Shown here one piece after another: positions 1 to 13,161 of a DNA stretch of 64,000 nucleotides; within the stretch, counting starts at the first letter, position 1; the number at the start of each line of letters is the position of its first letter. Origin of the DNA: Octopus bimaculoides (Eukaryota); the NCBI RefSeq assembly GCF_001194135.2, contig NC_068984.1:133648390-133712389 (forward strand), read 5' to 3'. Below the pieces are notes generated by a model. The model was given only the letters and a program-made list of their open reading frames with translations. It did no database searches and was not told the DNA's origin. Both the position numbers and the translations under genes were made by a program.

Positions 1-175
1 AGCTGTACTCTTCCCATCGATGACAACAGTTGTTCTGCGAAAACTATCAGTCTCATTAATTCTGGACATTCCACAAATGCGTGCAAGACGGTTTCCCTGT
101 CCCGCCCGCACCTCGGACATGTCGGCGATACGGCACTTCCATGCCTTGACAGTTTATCACGAACAGGTAATTACC
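1..175 (-). mobile_element. Tx1/L1-type LINE ORF2 C-terminal fragment (zf-RVT zinc knuckle), 5'-truncated, runs off the window
   Basis: Minus-strand frame reads LPVRDKLSRHGSAVSPTCPRCGRDRETVLHAFVECPELMRL. This is the CxxC...H...C motif of L1/Tx1 ORF2. A stop lies immediately upstream. Confidence 0.75.
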
Positions 176-1148
176 ACTCAGCCACTCCTGCACCTGTAGA
201 AAAAAAAAATTAAATATAAAAGAGGGGGTGTTTTTGGTGGGGTACAAAAGAAAGTCTTGCCGTCCATTTTAATAAATTAGAAAAACCACCACTGGTCGAA
301 ATCTTGGCTACGCCCATGATTTTAGTTTACGATAAATATTGTCATATACAAAGGCCTAAGTAAATATATTTGAATTTCAATGTGTAAAAACTCATTATAA
401 AACCTAGAAACTATGAAGTAAATTAGATCGTTGTTTAAATTATATTTTGTGTATGTTTACATATTTGCAGACAACAGTTTTAAAGTTTTGTTGATCTTGT
501 CATGTCAAGGACAAATCCAAATTTAAATATGTCCAACATATATTCTTGTTTTACAAATATCATTTTCCTTCTTTCATGTTCCTTTCACACGTTTCATCTC
601 CTTTTTTCACATGTTCTTTTCCCTTCAGGCTTTTTCGTGTGTGTGTGTGTTTTGTTTTTTTTTACCTTTGTCTCTTCCTTTTTACTTCATTGTAGTTTAT
701 GAATTGAGCTGTCTTTAACATCGGTATTCACACGATATATTCACATAAATATAGGAGGACACCAATGTTTATAGGTGTATATTTATATTACATATATATT
801 GTTAAAAACAGCTGTATCATTAAACCATTAAACACGAGTCTTGAATTCACAAGCTGTTTACTGAAATGGAAAAAAAGACATAAATCATCGTGGCCGAATA
901 TACGAAAAGGATAAGGAACTCGTATATTTGTCAATAAAGTGTGGCTATATTAATCAAAGTATACAATGTTATAGATCCATTTCAGTCGATCAGCATCTTA
1001 GATACTTTGGACCAAAGAACATAACTCTTGATAAAGCAATTGCTCAGTTGGCCTATCACAACTTCGTTTCGTCTTTATTTCAACACCAAACATTTTTCAC
1101 CTCCAGCAACAGAAAGCAATCACCATGTTTTTTTCCATAAACGTCATT

Positions 1149-1761
1149 GGCACTGTCATGCTATTAGCTGTCAGAAGTGAAAGTGCTCACTGCTAGTGAA
1201 GTATCTGTCTGTCTGCCTGCATGCCTGTTGCTGGCCCGTCGAGTCTTTGGCTACTGACAGCTAATACCATGACTGGCCGGAGCGAGCTATATGTCTGTCT
1301 GTCTCTCTCTCTATCTATCTATCTATTACTCGAAAGTTATTGGAACAAATTTGACACCTATATCCATGTGTTTGAAAACACAACACAGAGTATAAGGGTA
1401 CTCGCGTCCGCGCTAGCTAGTCGTGAGTGGTCGATCCTATTATTTTTAAACTTCAAACTTCATTTGTTTTCTATTTTGATAAATTCTCTCTGTTGAAAAT
1501 TATATTTTTATATTTTAAATAATTTGCAATTTCAGGAAATATGTTTTTATATTAAATTTGTGTTTTCTAATAAGGTGGACGAGTGATTGATAGATAGATA
1601 GATAGATATCAGTAAGTAAGTAAGCCAATAGCTCGCTCCGGCCAGTCATGGTATTAGCTGTCAGTAGCCAAAGAATCGACAGGCCAGCAACAGGCAGACA
1701 GACAGATACTTCACTAGCCGTGAGCACTTTCACTCCTGACAGCTAATAGCATGACAGTGCC
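1149..1761. mobile_element. Non-autonomous DNA transposon (MITE) with ~140-bp TIRs and 8-bp TSD
   Basis: GGCACTGTCATGCTATTAGCTGTCAG... at 1149 is the reverse complement of ...CTGACAGCTAATAGCATGACAGTGCC ending at 1761. Inverted identity runs about 1149-1290 vs 1628-1761. The same 8-mer ACGTCATT flanks both ends (1141-1148, 1762-1769). Confidence 0.85.
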
Positions 1762-2585
1762 ACGTCATTTCTAAAGAGCATATAATATTTGTAAACTGTG
1801 TTGTCATCCAATATCCAGATATTTAATACTCAGTGCGTTACCGATCAGTAGGATCGACGGAAATAGGTCTATAATACTACATACTTTGATATACGTCGGC
1901 GCAGGTGTAATTGTGTAACTACAGGCGTAACTGTGTAGGCGCAGGCGTGGCTGTGTAGGTGGAGGGGTGGCTGTATGGTAAGACGTTTTCTTCACAACCA
2001 TGTGGTTCTGGGTTCAGTCTCACTGTGCAACACCTTGGGCTAATATCTTCTGCTATAGACCTGAGTCTGATGTCTTCTGCTAAAGCTTTGTGAATAGATT
2101 TGGCAAACGGAAACGGAAAGAAGCCCACCATATATGTGTGTGTGTGTTATTTGTGTTTCTTTGTTTTGAAATTGTGTGATAGTTGTAAACGATTTTCAGT
2201 GTCATACAAGTTGTATCATTCATTTCCATTATTCTGCGAGAATGTCTCTGGCCATGGGGAAATATTACCTTGCTTGAAGAAAAATTTGCCTTGATAAATT
2301 TCATCTGACTCATGCAAGCATGGAAAAGTAGACATTAAAATGACGATGATATATATATGTAGAAACTACATTTTATTTTCCTGGCTGAGATTCGAAACTG
2401 AATCTAAGAATTCTTGTTCATAGGATCCACCTGCTATTTGCTGACCAAGCTGGAAGATTTCTTTGTCCTGTCAAACTGATTGATGAGTTTCCACTCGACC
2501 CCCTGACCTGGCTGTGTCATGAAAAGTTCAAATGGACAGCAAGTGACCTAAATGAACATAAGCTATTCTTATAATGGTATAGCCT

Positions 2586-2970
2586 GTGGAGGCGCAATGG
2601 CCCAGTGGTTAGGGCAGCGGACTCGCGGTCATAGGATCGCAGTTTCAATTCCCAGACCGAGCATTGTGAGTGTTTATTGAGTGAAAACACCTAAAGCTCC
2701 ACGAGGCTCCGGTAGGGGATGGTGGTGAACCCTGCTGTACTCTTTTACCACAACTTTCTCTCACTCTTTCTTCCTGTTTCTGTTGTGCCTGTATTTCAAA
2801 GGACCAGCCTTGTCACACTGTGTCACGCTGAATATCCCCGAGAACTACGTTAAGTGTACACGTGTCTGTGGAGTGCTCAGCCACTTGCACGTTAATTTCA
2901 CAAGCAGGCTGCTCCATTGATCGAATCAACTGGAACCCTTGACGTCGTAAGTGACGAGTGCCAACAACAA
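2586..2970 (+). mobile_element. tRNA-derived SINE, family C (other copies ~28797-29163 +, ~35226-35500 -, ~43180-43495 -)
   Basis: tRNA-like head TGTGGAGGCGCAATGGCCCAGTGGTTAGGGCAGCGGACTCGCGG with A/B boxes. Body is shared among copies and ends in an (ACA)n tail. Confidence 0.8.
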
Positions 2971-4516
2971 TGGTATATCCATCCTTCTAGCTACAATGGG
3001 CCATTATAAATACCAGTTCCATAGGCAGACACAGACAGTCAGCGCAGTGAGCTGAGAAAGACCAGGTAGATAGCTATTGACTCAACAGAGCAACGGGGTA
3101 GAGAGAAACACAGCAGAAGCAACAGGCGAATGCACACATAGATACAAAGAATGTCTTTGTACTGTTTCATCCCATCAACATTCTCTTTCCTCCATTTTAC
3201 TATGCACATTTGTCTGTGTACATAGCTTTGCCACCTCGAAGTAGTTGGCTGCATTAGGTACTGGCATATTTCCTCATATTTCAGATCAAGCTTTCAGTAT
3301 CCCAACAAGTGAATGCAACTATGACCAAATAAATAATGTAAACTACATTCCTATTCTTTTGTCATTGTTTTTCGTCAATACCGGTCCAACATCATCTGCT
3401 ACACCTGACAGAATGATTTGAGTAAGATATGGCCTGTTCCCCCATCTTACGACAGTAGCAAAGCAGATGACACTTTTATGGGGGTAGCACTGTTGAATCT
3501 GCTCTATAAGTCTGTTATGAAGGGAGCCACAACCTCAAGGGCTGCTCCAACTGGCATGCACTCTAGCTATGCCACTGACTTAGAAGGCAATAATACGGTG
3601 TAAGAATTGACTCATATTGTGACGACTCATCCCAGTCCATGCTAATATGGGAAATGAATGTAAAAGTGTTGATGATTATCATATTATAGTCTGTACATTG
3701 GATTCTTCTTTGTTTCTGGCTGCTTCTACTGACCTTCTTCAGCGTCTTCTCTTCCAAAACACACACAATTATTGACCATCTACAATGTTAACAAGAACAG
3801 CAAAAAATCCTTTTCACAAAATAATTTCCATTGCAGCAATCATCAGAAACTCATTAAGATGCCTTATCCATATGTACAAATTCAGACAATACATCATCGA
3901 CAATCTTTTGTTGCTATTGATTTTATTGATAGTTGGTAGAAAATATAAGTTTAATTGCAGTATTCAGGTATATTAATTGAGACACTTTTATGGATCATAA
4001 TGTGCAGTTCCATTCACAGGTTTTAGCATTGTGTGGTTGTTTAGTCCTGAAGGTACAATCCATGGGGAAAAATGAGTGGTGTAAACCATTGTAAACCATT
4101 TTGAAAAAGCCATGAGATATAAGCTACTTCTGTCTTAAAGGTATAATTTGTTAAAAACATATTGGATCACTATAAGTATATGCTTATATTTACATATGTT
4201 TATATATGTATCTATAGGAAGCACTTGTTAAGAACCACGATTTTAGCCATGTATTGTGTGTAGAGAAAGTAAAATACAAGACCGCTTCTTTGACATTTAT
4301 TGTGAAACACACATACATACATACACACACAACACAAAAACACATGCACACACACACAACACCACATACACACACATATACACACACACGGAAAGAAAAA
4401 ACTAGGTTATGTTCCTGTTAAAGGATATTTTCAGGGTCTCTGTTCATACCAGTAGCACAGGTTTTGCAAGTTGTGTTTAGATTGTGTGTATATAACAGTT
4501 GTAAGTTACAGGTTAA

Positions 4517-4736
4517 CCCATCTGATACCAACCTGCCTGAGACAACCCTGCTTTTATGATACTTCTTTCCTGTTTCAAAGGAATCTAATTTAAAACCTCT
4601 CACCAAAATTTCACATTGGTTTATGTCCCAAACACCAGCTTTATAATAACAAAGTTTTTTATTACTAGATTCTTCATTGTTTTCAAAATCAGTCAAAACA
4701 AAGTCAGGGCTGTGTCTTTTAATGATATCAAAAGGG
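4517..4736. mobile_element. piggyBac-like MITE (TTAA TSD); related copy 63641-63851 and partial copies near 20.2, 31.5, 36.2 and 62.2 kb
   Basis: TTAA|CCCATCTGATACC ... GATATCAAAAGGG|TTAA. Second copy TTAA|CTCTTTTGATACCAACCTGCC ... GAAAGGG|TTAA. Confidence 0.6.
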
Positions 4737-5039
4737 TTAAGGAGTAATGTAAAGTTGTATCATATGCATTGGAGTCACTAGCATAGCTGGAGGTGTAAGG
4801 GGGTGATCTGCCCTGGGTGGCACTTTTTTAAAAGGGGCAGTACTTTTGGGCCTGTTGTAGGCAAAATGTGTTTTTTGTGGGGTCCAGGGGTGACAAATAG
4901 GACTGCCCTGGGTGGTACACACTCTAGCTACGCTAGGAGTTGGAGTTTATGTTATTAAAAGTGACAGCAAATAGGTTGTTAATGAAAATAATGGGAAATG
5001 TCGTGGTAATGTAATCTAACTTTGGGGTACATCAGATTT

Positions 5040-5432
5040 CGTAGAAGACCTGTTGGGGCAAGCGAAAGCGAAATCGTGATGGCACCTGTGCCCAGTGTCA
5101 CCTTCCTGGCATTTGTGTCGGTGGCACATGTAAAGACATTCAAGCGAGATAGTTGCCAGTGCCGCTGGACTGGCTCCTGTGCACGTGGCATGTAAAATAC
5201 ACCATTTTGAGCGTGGCTGTCGCCAGTACCGCCTGATTGGCCTTCGTGCTGGTGGCACGTAAAAGCACCCACTACACTCTCGGAGTGGTTGGCGTTAGGA
5301 AGGGCATCCAGCTGTGGAAACTCTGCCAGATCAGATTGGAGCCAGGTGCAGCCATCCGGTTCACCAGTCCTCAGTCAAATCGTCCAACCCATGCTAGCAT
5401 GGAAGGCAGACGTTAAGTGATGATGATGATGA
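5040..5432 (+). mobile_element. RTE-type LINE 3' end / partner element with (GAT)n tail; copies at ~8815-9260, 15520-15966, 16650-17070, 43500-43690(-), 44060-44290, 44308-44482(-), 55420-55660
   Basis: Shared ...AGGAAGGGCATCCAGCTGTAGAAACTCTGCC...GTCCAACCCATGCTAGCATGGAAAG(C/T)GGACGTTAA followed by (GAT)n. Clade assignment is inference. Confidence 0.7.
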
Positions 5433-5749
5433 TGTCTGTAAGGGAAGCGCTGATGGCAGATGCTGCATTCTGAGAGGAAGCTTCTAATCCAAGAAATGAA
5501 GAATAGAGAAAGGTGTTAGGTGAGTAACTTCCCAGATTCTCATGCAGAACACCAACAATGTTTTTATGACATCAATGGTAGCAACATTGCTGTTATGGAA
5601 GTTTTCAAAAGTGTGAGATTACTAATGGCATAGAAGAACAAAAATTCCAATAGATCTGACTTTATGAAAGACATACGGATGACCACCGAGGAAGCACATA
5701 CAACAGCTCTGTACTTAAAAGAGTGCTCATGCTGTTGTTGCCATTTTTT

Positions 5750-5955
5750 TGTTGTTGCTGCTGCTGTTGTTTTTCTTCTTCTTCTCCTTCTTCTCCTTCT
5801 TCCCTTCATCCCTTCATCTTCTTCCCTTTCTTCTTCTTCTTCTTCTTCTTCTTCTTTCTCCTTCTTCTTCTTCCCCTTCTTCTCCTTCTCCTTCTTCTCC
5901 TCCTCCTCCTCCTCCCTCCTCCTCCTCTTCTTCCTCCTCTTCTTCCCCTTCTTGC
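5750..5955. repeat. Compound (TTC)n/(TCC)n polypyrimidine-polypurine tract
   Basis: About 200 bp of almost only C and T on the + strand. It generates the spurious low-complexity ORFs at 5564-6010. Confidence 0.9.
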
Positions 5956-7639
5956 TATTGAGGCAGATGCAGTTTATGTGCACTTAATTCAATTCAACTC
6001 TGTTAATTGAAAATAAAAATAATGTTAATGGTTCGAACCACTGAAGTTCTCCTTGATTTTTCAGCCTCAACGGTCAATAAAATGAATACTAATCACGTAC
6101 TCACTTGATGTTATCTCCTTCCTTTAAAGAGGCTTTTTTTTTTCTTCATGTCTTGAGCAAATACTAGAAATCATTACTTTTCTCATAAAAGTAGAATGGT
6201 ATAAAATTAAGGGTTTCTGACGAAGTAAATGAGACGCATGTACGAATGTTCCAGGATCAATTAAATGGATAGGTTTACTGTGAAACAGGCTGTTGCACAC
6301 AAATCAACATGTGTAATGACCAGATCAAATGGTAGGGCAGGCTGAAATGTGTCATCGTCATCATCATCATTGTCATCGTCATTATTATTTGATGTCCACT
6401 TTTCCATGCTTGTCTGGCTCAGAAGGAATTGGTTGAGACAGATTTTCTATAGCTGGATGCTCTTCCTGTCACTAACTCTCACCTGTTTCCAAGCATGATA
6501 TAAAATTTTCTCAGAGCTAGTTTGTTTTCACAAGAGACTGGAAATAAATAAGTTTATTTGTATGATGATGATGATCATCATTTACAAGCATTACCTGATG
6601 TCTAGACAAGGCTATGCTCAAATACACACACACAACACACACACATCACATACATACAACACACACACACACTCACACACATGCACATACAACACACACA
6701 CAAACACATACAACACACGCACCACACACACACACACACACACACTCACATATATATATGACAGACTTCTTTCAATTTCTGTCTACTAAATTCACTCAAA
6801 AGGTTTCAGTCAGCCTGGGGCTATAGCAGAAGTCACTTGCCTATGGTGCCACACAATAGGATTGAACCCAACACTACATGGCTGGGAAACAAACTTCTTA
6901 ACCACACATCCACATCTACATCTACATGGGAAAGTCTTAATAACATTTTTGTTATTACTAAGATGGTGAACTGGCAGAATCATTACCGTGCCAGGAAAAT
7001 TGCTTAGCCGCATCTCTTCCGACTTCATGTTCTGAGTTCAAATTCTGCCGAGGTCAATATTTTCTTTCATACTTTTGGGCTCAGTAAAATGAATATCATT
7101 TGAACACGGGGGGTCAATGTAATTGACTCAACCCCGCTCCCCCTAAATTACTGGCCTTGTGCTAAAATTTGAAACCAATATTATTGTTGTTACCAAGGTG
7201 GCAAGGTGGCAGAATTGTTATTATGCCTAGCAAAATGCTTCCAACTTTATGTACTGAGTTCAAATTCCACTGAGATTAACTTTGACTTTCATCTTTGTGG
7301 GGTCAATTAAATAAGTACCAGTTGAACACTTGGATCGATTTATCCCTTACCCCAAAATTGTTAGCCTTCTCCCAAAATTTGAAGTCAATATTATTGTTGT
7401 AATCTCCTTGTTCATTCTCACTGACAGGGTTCAATAAACAAATCACGCAAGTTTGAAGAAATCCTTTGAAATTCATTTCAACCTAGATATCTTAAATATC
7501 TTGATGTCTTCCATTGTGTCTAAACCTTGAGCAGATAGAATGTGAGGAAACCAAACTTAGCAGAAGTTATATGAAACACAAACATATTTCATATCATTTA
7601 AGTTGCTCAGCAAGTACATTGCTTTATTTATTTGTCTTT

Positions 7640-8005
7640 TATCTTTTACTCGTTTCAGTCATTAGACTGAGGCCATGCTGGAGCACCGCCTTAAAGAGCT
7701 TTTAGTCAAACAAATCAACCCCGGTACTTTATTTTTGAAGCCTGGTACTTATTCTATCGATCTCTTTTGCCAAACCACTGAGTTACAAGGATATAAACAA
7801 ACCAACACTGGTTGTCAAGCAGCGGTGGAGGACAAACACACACATAAATATATATATATATAATGAACTTCTTTCAGTTTCCATCTACCAAATCTACTCA
7901 CAAGGCTTTGGTTGGCATGAAACTGTAGTAAAAAAAAACACTTGTCCAAGGTGCCATGCAGTGGGATTGAACCCAGAACCATGTGGTTGGGAAGCAAACT
8001 TCTTA
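7640..8005 (-). mobile_element. CORE-type tRNA-derived SINE, family A (more than 15 copies, e.g. 16085-16478 -, 23490-24013 -, 34351-34730 +, 48225-48570 +, 59205-59510 +)
   Basis: tRNA-like head (GTGGCTGTGTGGTAAGAAGCTTGCTT...GGTTCAGTCCCACTG), then GGCACCTTGGGCAAGTGTCTT resembling the MIR/CORE core GACCTTGGGCAAGTCACTT, an internal (TA/TG)n microsatellite and a common 3' end. Confidence 0.85.
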
Positions 8006-8228
8006 TTTCTTTATTGCCCACAAGGGGCTAAACATAGAAGGGACAAACAAAGTGATTAAGTCGATTACATCGATCCCAGTGCGTAACTGGTACTTAATTT
8101 ATCGACCCCGAAATGATGAAAGGCAAAGTCGACCTCTGCGGAATTTGAACTCAGATCGTAACTGCAGATGAAATACCACAAAGCATTTCACCCAGCGTGC
8201 TAACGCTTCTGCCAGCTCACCGCCTTCT
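8005..8228 (-). mobile_element. tRNA-derived SINE, family B (copies e.g. 6970-7190 +, 25680-25875 -, 33945-34172 +, 47555-47770 -, 49575-49765 +)
   Basis: Shared GAGCTGGCAGAAACGTTAGCACGC...GAGTTCAAATTCCGCCGAGGTCGACTTTGCCTTTCATC...AAGTACCAGTT sequence. Confidence 0.8.
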
Positions 8229-10877
8229 TACCACACAGCCATGCCTGCACCTATTTGTTTATTTATTTACTTACAGGGTGATCATATTTTATCTGTACAA
8301 CTTGCACAATTTATTGTATTCTATTGTATGCATGTGTTGCATGCAATGAATGGAGCCATTGTGGAAGTGTTATGATGTTTCTAATAAAAACTCTATATGT
8401 TTGCCAATAAACTCTGCTGAGTCATCCTTATTTTTCATTTTTGTCTAAATTTTTCAATTGGCAAATGTAATTTTAGTGACAACCTGTATTTAATGTCATG
8501 TGTATTTACTGACAAACTAACCCTACAGCAAAGAATACTGACAGTGGATGCCACTAAAAGGTCTTAGCTTGAACTACACATATATAGTAAGAAGCAAATA
8601 GCCTTTTCTCACAATAAATGCAATCAACTTCACAATTTGTGTCTTTCTTATAACTGTTTTGCACTGTTTTATTTCATTAGAGAAGGGCTCCAGAAAAAGG
8701 TGTCCAACAAATAGCCTGCTCAGACATATTCCTGTAAAAAATTACAAATGACAGGACATTCAGTTTCTGAATTGGAAATATGAAAAGAAATATAAATGAA
8801 ATCATTGAACCATATTCAATGACTGGCACCTGTGCCAGTGGAGCACTAACAGCACCGTCCAAGCATGATCATTGCCAGAGCAGCTGTCTGGCTTCCGTGC
8901 CAGTGACACGTAAATAGCACCATTTGAGCGTGATCGTTACCAGTGTCGCCTTACTGGCACGTTAGAAAACAATTGAGTGAGGTCATTGCCAGTGCCGCTG
9001 GACTGGCTCTTGTGCAGGTGGCACGTAAAAAACACCATTTTGAGCGTGGCCGTTGCCAGTACCGCCTAACTGGCCCTCATGCCGGTGGCACATAAAAGCA
9101 CCCACTACACTCGAAGTGGCTGGCATTAGGAAGGGCATCCAGCTGTAGAAACTCTACTAGATCAGATTGGAGCCTGGTGCAGCCATCTGGTTCATGAGTC
9201 CTCAGTCTAATCGTCCAACCCATGCTAGCATGGAAAGTGGACATTAAGCGATGATGATGATGTTTATTGCACTTTGAAATCTTTGAAATCAAGAAGAATG
9301 ATAAAAGTAATAGCCCAAGAACTTAAGTAAAAATCAACCTGGATAACATGAACAGGTTGAAAGTAGCTGAAGTGGTTGAAACATATTTTAACGGGTTGGA
9401 GGACCTGTTTGTATGAAACATGAGTCTAAAGATGGTTTCACTGTGAGAAATAACATTTTGAAATCCTTAAAATATCTCTATTGATATTGGTTTCAAATTT
9501 TAGTGCAAGGCCAGCAACTTGGAAAATGAATAAGTCAATTATATTGACCCCCAGTGCTCAACTGGTACTTATTTTATCGACTCTGAAAGGATAAAAGGCA
9601 AAGTTGACCAAAATGCCACTAAGCATTTTTTCCAGCAAACTAACGATATCTTTCTATCGATATTAAAGATCATTTGAGATGCTTACCTTTTATATCCAAT
9701 GAGGTACAATAGGTTTACACCTTTTATAAGTGCTCCAATCTTTACAAGTATAAAAGATTCTTAAGAGAGATTTTATTCAAGTCCACATGGAAACATTTCT
9801 CTTAATGGAACTATCAATGTACATGTGGCGTATTCAATTGAAAATTGACAATGACATACCTGCTCAATGACTACCAACAGCAGCATTACATGTAATCAAG
9901 TCTTCCATTAAATAATTACCTGTTACTTTATTTCTGTTGCAGAGATGTTTGAAATGTCTGTCACTAAATGACTTGCACCTGGATTAACATATATACTATA
10001 GCTATGCAAAAGAAAAAATCAAATATACAAAATATCTACTTCTAAGTTGAACTGATCTGAACAACAGACAATTCTTGGTGTGTATAATATAGAAGTGACA
10101 ATTCACTCTTTTGCTTCTCAAGATTGGCTGCACATTATTATATAACCAGTAAAGTGAGTTGTTTATCATTAGGGCATTTTTACCACCGACTCATGGCAGC
10201 ATTCTTACCAACAGCTATACAGAACATTACTGACAATGGTTTTGCACCTATCTAGCTTACTCTTTTTTACTGACCATTACAACAAACATTACAACAACCT
10301 ATTGCTAAGAACAACTTCATTTGAGTTATACAGCTCACACGTCTTCCTTTCCTTGCGTGGTTCCTTTCACAAGTTATATGAACGTTGGTAATATGTACAG
10401 ATGCACAATTTATAGTTATAAACCACTGCAGCTGATTCAACTATCATAAACCAAAAGCTGTTGTGGCATACACACGTTATAGTAACAAGCCACTACAGCT
10501 TGCAATCCTGTTACAAACCAGAACTCATTGCAACTAACAGTTAAACCTTTTCTTTCAGCTAGTCTCAATACAAGACATGTATTTAGCTGAAAACCCAGAA
10601 CAGTAATTTCATTTCTGCTCATTTCCTGAAAAAGTATGTTTACCTCTTTCTCTTTTTTTTTGTCCTCATGCTGCTCCAAGAGCATCCATAATTCGCTTAC
10701 ACCTGGTACATGTTTTCTACACATGAATTAACTTAATCATAACACACAAGCACAGGTGTGACTATGTGGTAAGAAGCTTGACTGAGTGCAGATATGAATA
10801 GCATATGGGAACCGGGATTAAGGAAGGATAGAAAAATATTAGATTTATAAGCCCTAAAATTCACTTCCTAATTGCCC

Positions 10878-11172
10878 ACAGGTATATGGTGTAGTGGTTA
10901 AGAGTGCAGGCTACTAACCCCAAAATTCCGGGTTTGATTCCAAGCAGTGACCTGAACAACAACAACAACAACAATAATAATAATAATGATAATAATAATA
11001 ACATCGAAAAATACCTTAGGAATGAGAACCCAGATTTGAAATTTCGAAGAAGGCTGGAGGATATATCAGCCGAAATGTTGTGTTAACAACAAGCAAGATG
11101 AGGACAAATATCCGTCGAATGTAAATAATGTAAATAATGCACATAATTCCTCATCTCGTAAATATAGAACTG
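10878..11172 (+). mobile_element. tRNA-headed SINE with (AAC/AAT)n linker and Penelope-like 3' tail
   Basis: Head GGTGTAGTGGTTAAGAGTGCAGGCTACTAACCCC...GGTTTGATTCC. Tail has GAAGAAGGCTG-N10-CAGCCGAAA and repeated ATGTAAATA. Confidence 0.55.
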
Positions 11173-11266
11173 TAATACCAACAACTGCTTTATGATTATT
11201 TCAAGTAGTTGTTTTCTCTCTCTCTCTCTCTCTCTTTCTTTCTCTCTCTCTCTCTCTCTCTTTCTT

Positions 11267-11327
<61 letters not shown>

Positions 11328-11711
11328 AATCTTATATAGAAATGGCAATTTGTTTGTCTGTCCGTTACCATCTTGCTGCCTAAACCAGTGAACAAATCTT
11401 CACGAAACTTTGCATGCATGTTAAACTAACATCCACTTCAATAACAGGACTTCAATAATTGGATTTCAATAAAAATCGATGATGGGTTCCCTAGTGGGGT
11501 TGGGCGAATTATATGATAAAATAAGAAGGGTGCAAAGAATATTAGTCTGAAGGAAATGTAGTTGCAGAAGTGAGTGTGACTGATATCAGGGAATGGGAAA
11601 ACAGCATTGTGTAAGTGACAAATATGGAGTGGTAATGAGATAGTAATATCAATGCAGCTGTCATATACACAGGACATTGCATACATACTTTCATAAATAC
11701 ATAGATACGTG

Positions 11712-11743
<32 letters not shown>

Positions 11744-11934
11744 AGTAACTTTTAAAATGCTGAGAAAGGAAGAGAAAGGTGGGCATGAGAAATATGTAGC
11801 TTTAAGGAGAGAGGGGTTAAGTGGCTTTTCTGCTGTCTATCACAAAGAAACACTCACACACAGACACATGTACATACATACATATGTCAATTATACACCA
11901 TTTTAAACTTGTGATTACTTGTGTACATTTGTAA

Positions 11935-11991
<57 letters not shown>

Positions 11992-13161
11992 GTCCTATAA
12001 CTGTCTGTCTCTCTACTTTTGTAGGGTCTTCTCTGTTGCTGTCACCTATTGTGAGATTTTAAAATTATGTCAAAATTTTCAAATTTGGTATATTGAAATA
12101 ATTTTCCACTTTAAATCCAATTTTGTTATTTATTTGTTCCAGAAAAATTTCACAAAAAGGTTACTGAGGTTTAAAGTTTTTATCAATTTTACCTAATCAG
12201 AAAACAGGATTTGGAAGCTGGCATTTTGTGCATGATAGCTGTCTATCACAAAAATGAAAATAAAATCATTAGAAGGAGAAATTTTTTATTAAACAAACAA
12301 AAGCAAAGCATTACAACGATCAAAGTTGTAAGAACTTCTGAAGTTTTAATGAATAAAGCCATGTGAAATGATCGAACAGTCATGTAAATAATTTTAAAAA
12401 GGCAAAAATCCTCAACGAAGTCTTTTAGTGAAAAATTGCACAAATCTGTCCTTATCAAGAGGTTTGTCTATTGGGGAAGTCATGGTCTGACATGGAATAA
12501 ACAAAAATTTATATAAGACATTCTATTGTAAAAATTGCCCGGCAAAGATGGGCTATTCAGCTAGTATGTATATTCTTTTATTCTTTTATTTGTTTCAGTC
12601 ATTTGACTGCGGCCATGCTGGAGCACCGCCTTTAGTCGGGCAAATCAACCCCAGGACTTATTCTTTGTAAGCTTAGTACTTATTCTGTTGGACCCTTTTG
12701 CCAAACTCATTAATGCCTTTTCCTCATTGATAAATACATCAGGCCATAACAAATCAAGCTGTTACCTGTATTTACCTAACAGTTATACAAGAAACATGAG
12801 TATTCACTCACAATTTACTGTGGTGCAGTTCAGCGTAACAAAGGAAAGAACGAAAAAAAAGAACACTAAAAGATCAAAGTTATTACAGCCATTTAAATCT
12901 ATTATAATGTTAACTTCTCCTTTATTCCAAAACATACACAACCTGATTATATTAACAAATAGGTAGTTTTCAAACCATTCACCAACAGCGAGGTGCAGAA
13001 TGCACAAAAGATAGATTAGTTACAGGCCAGTAGAGTGTATGAGACTCTGAAGCAAAATAATGAAATATATATGTCTATTGCTTCATGAAAATGCAAATAA
13101 TTTTCTGCATGACAAAGGTTTTTTTTTTTCCTTCTATGACATTTCTATTTCTAGAAATATA

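Noticed and set aside
2586-2660. tRNA genes at SINE heads (also 10878, 28797, 34351)
   Set aside because: They have A/B-box-like heads but no complete cloverleaf or acceptor stem, and continue directly into SINE bodies.
5564-6010. Long low-complexity ORFs (poly-E/K/S/L), and similar ORFs at 6562-6826, 11192-11742 and 18189-18569
   Set aside because: They are translations of microsatellites.
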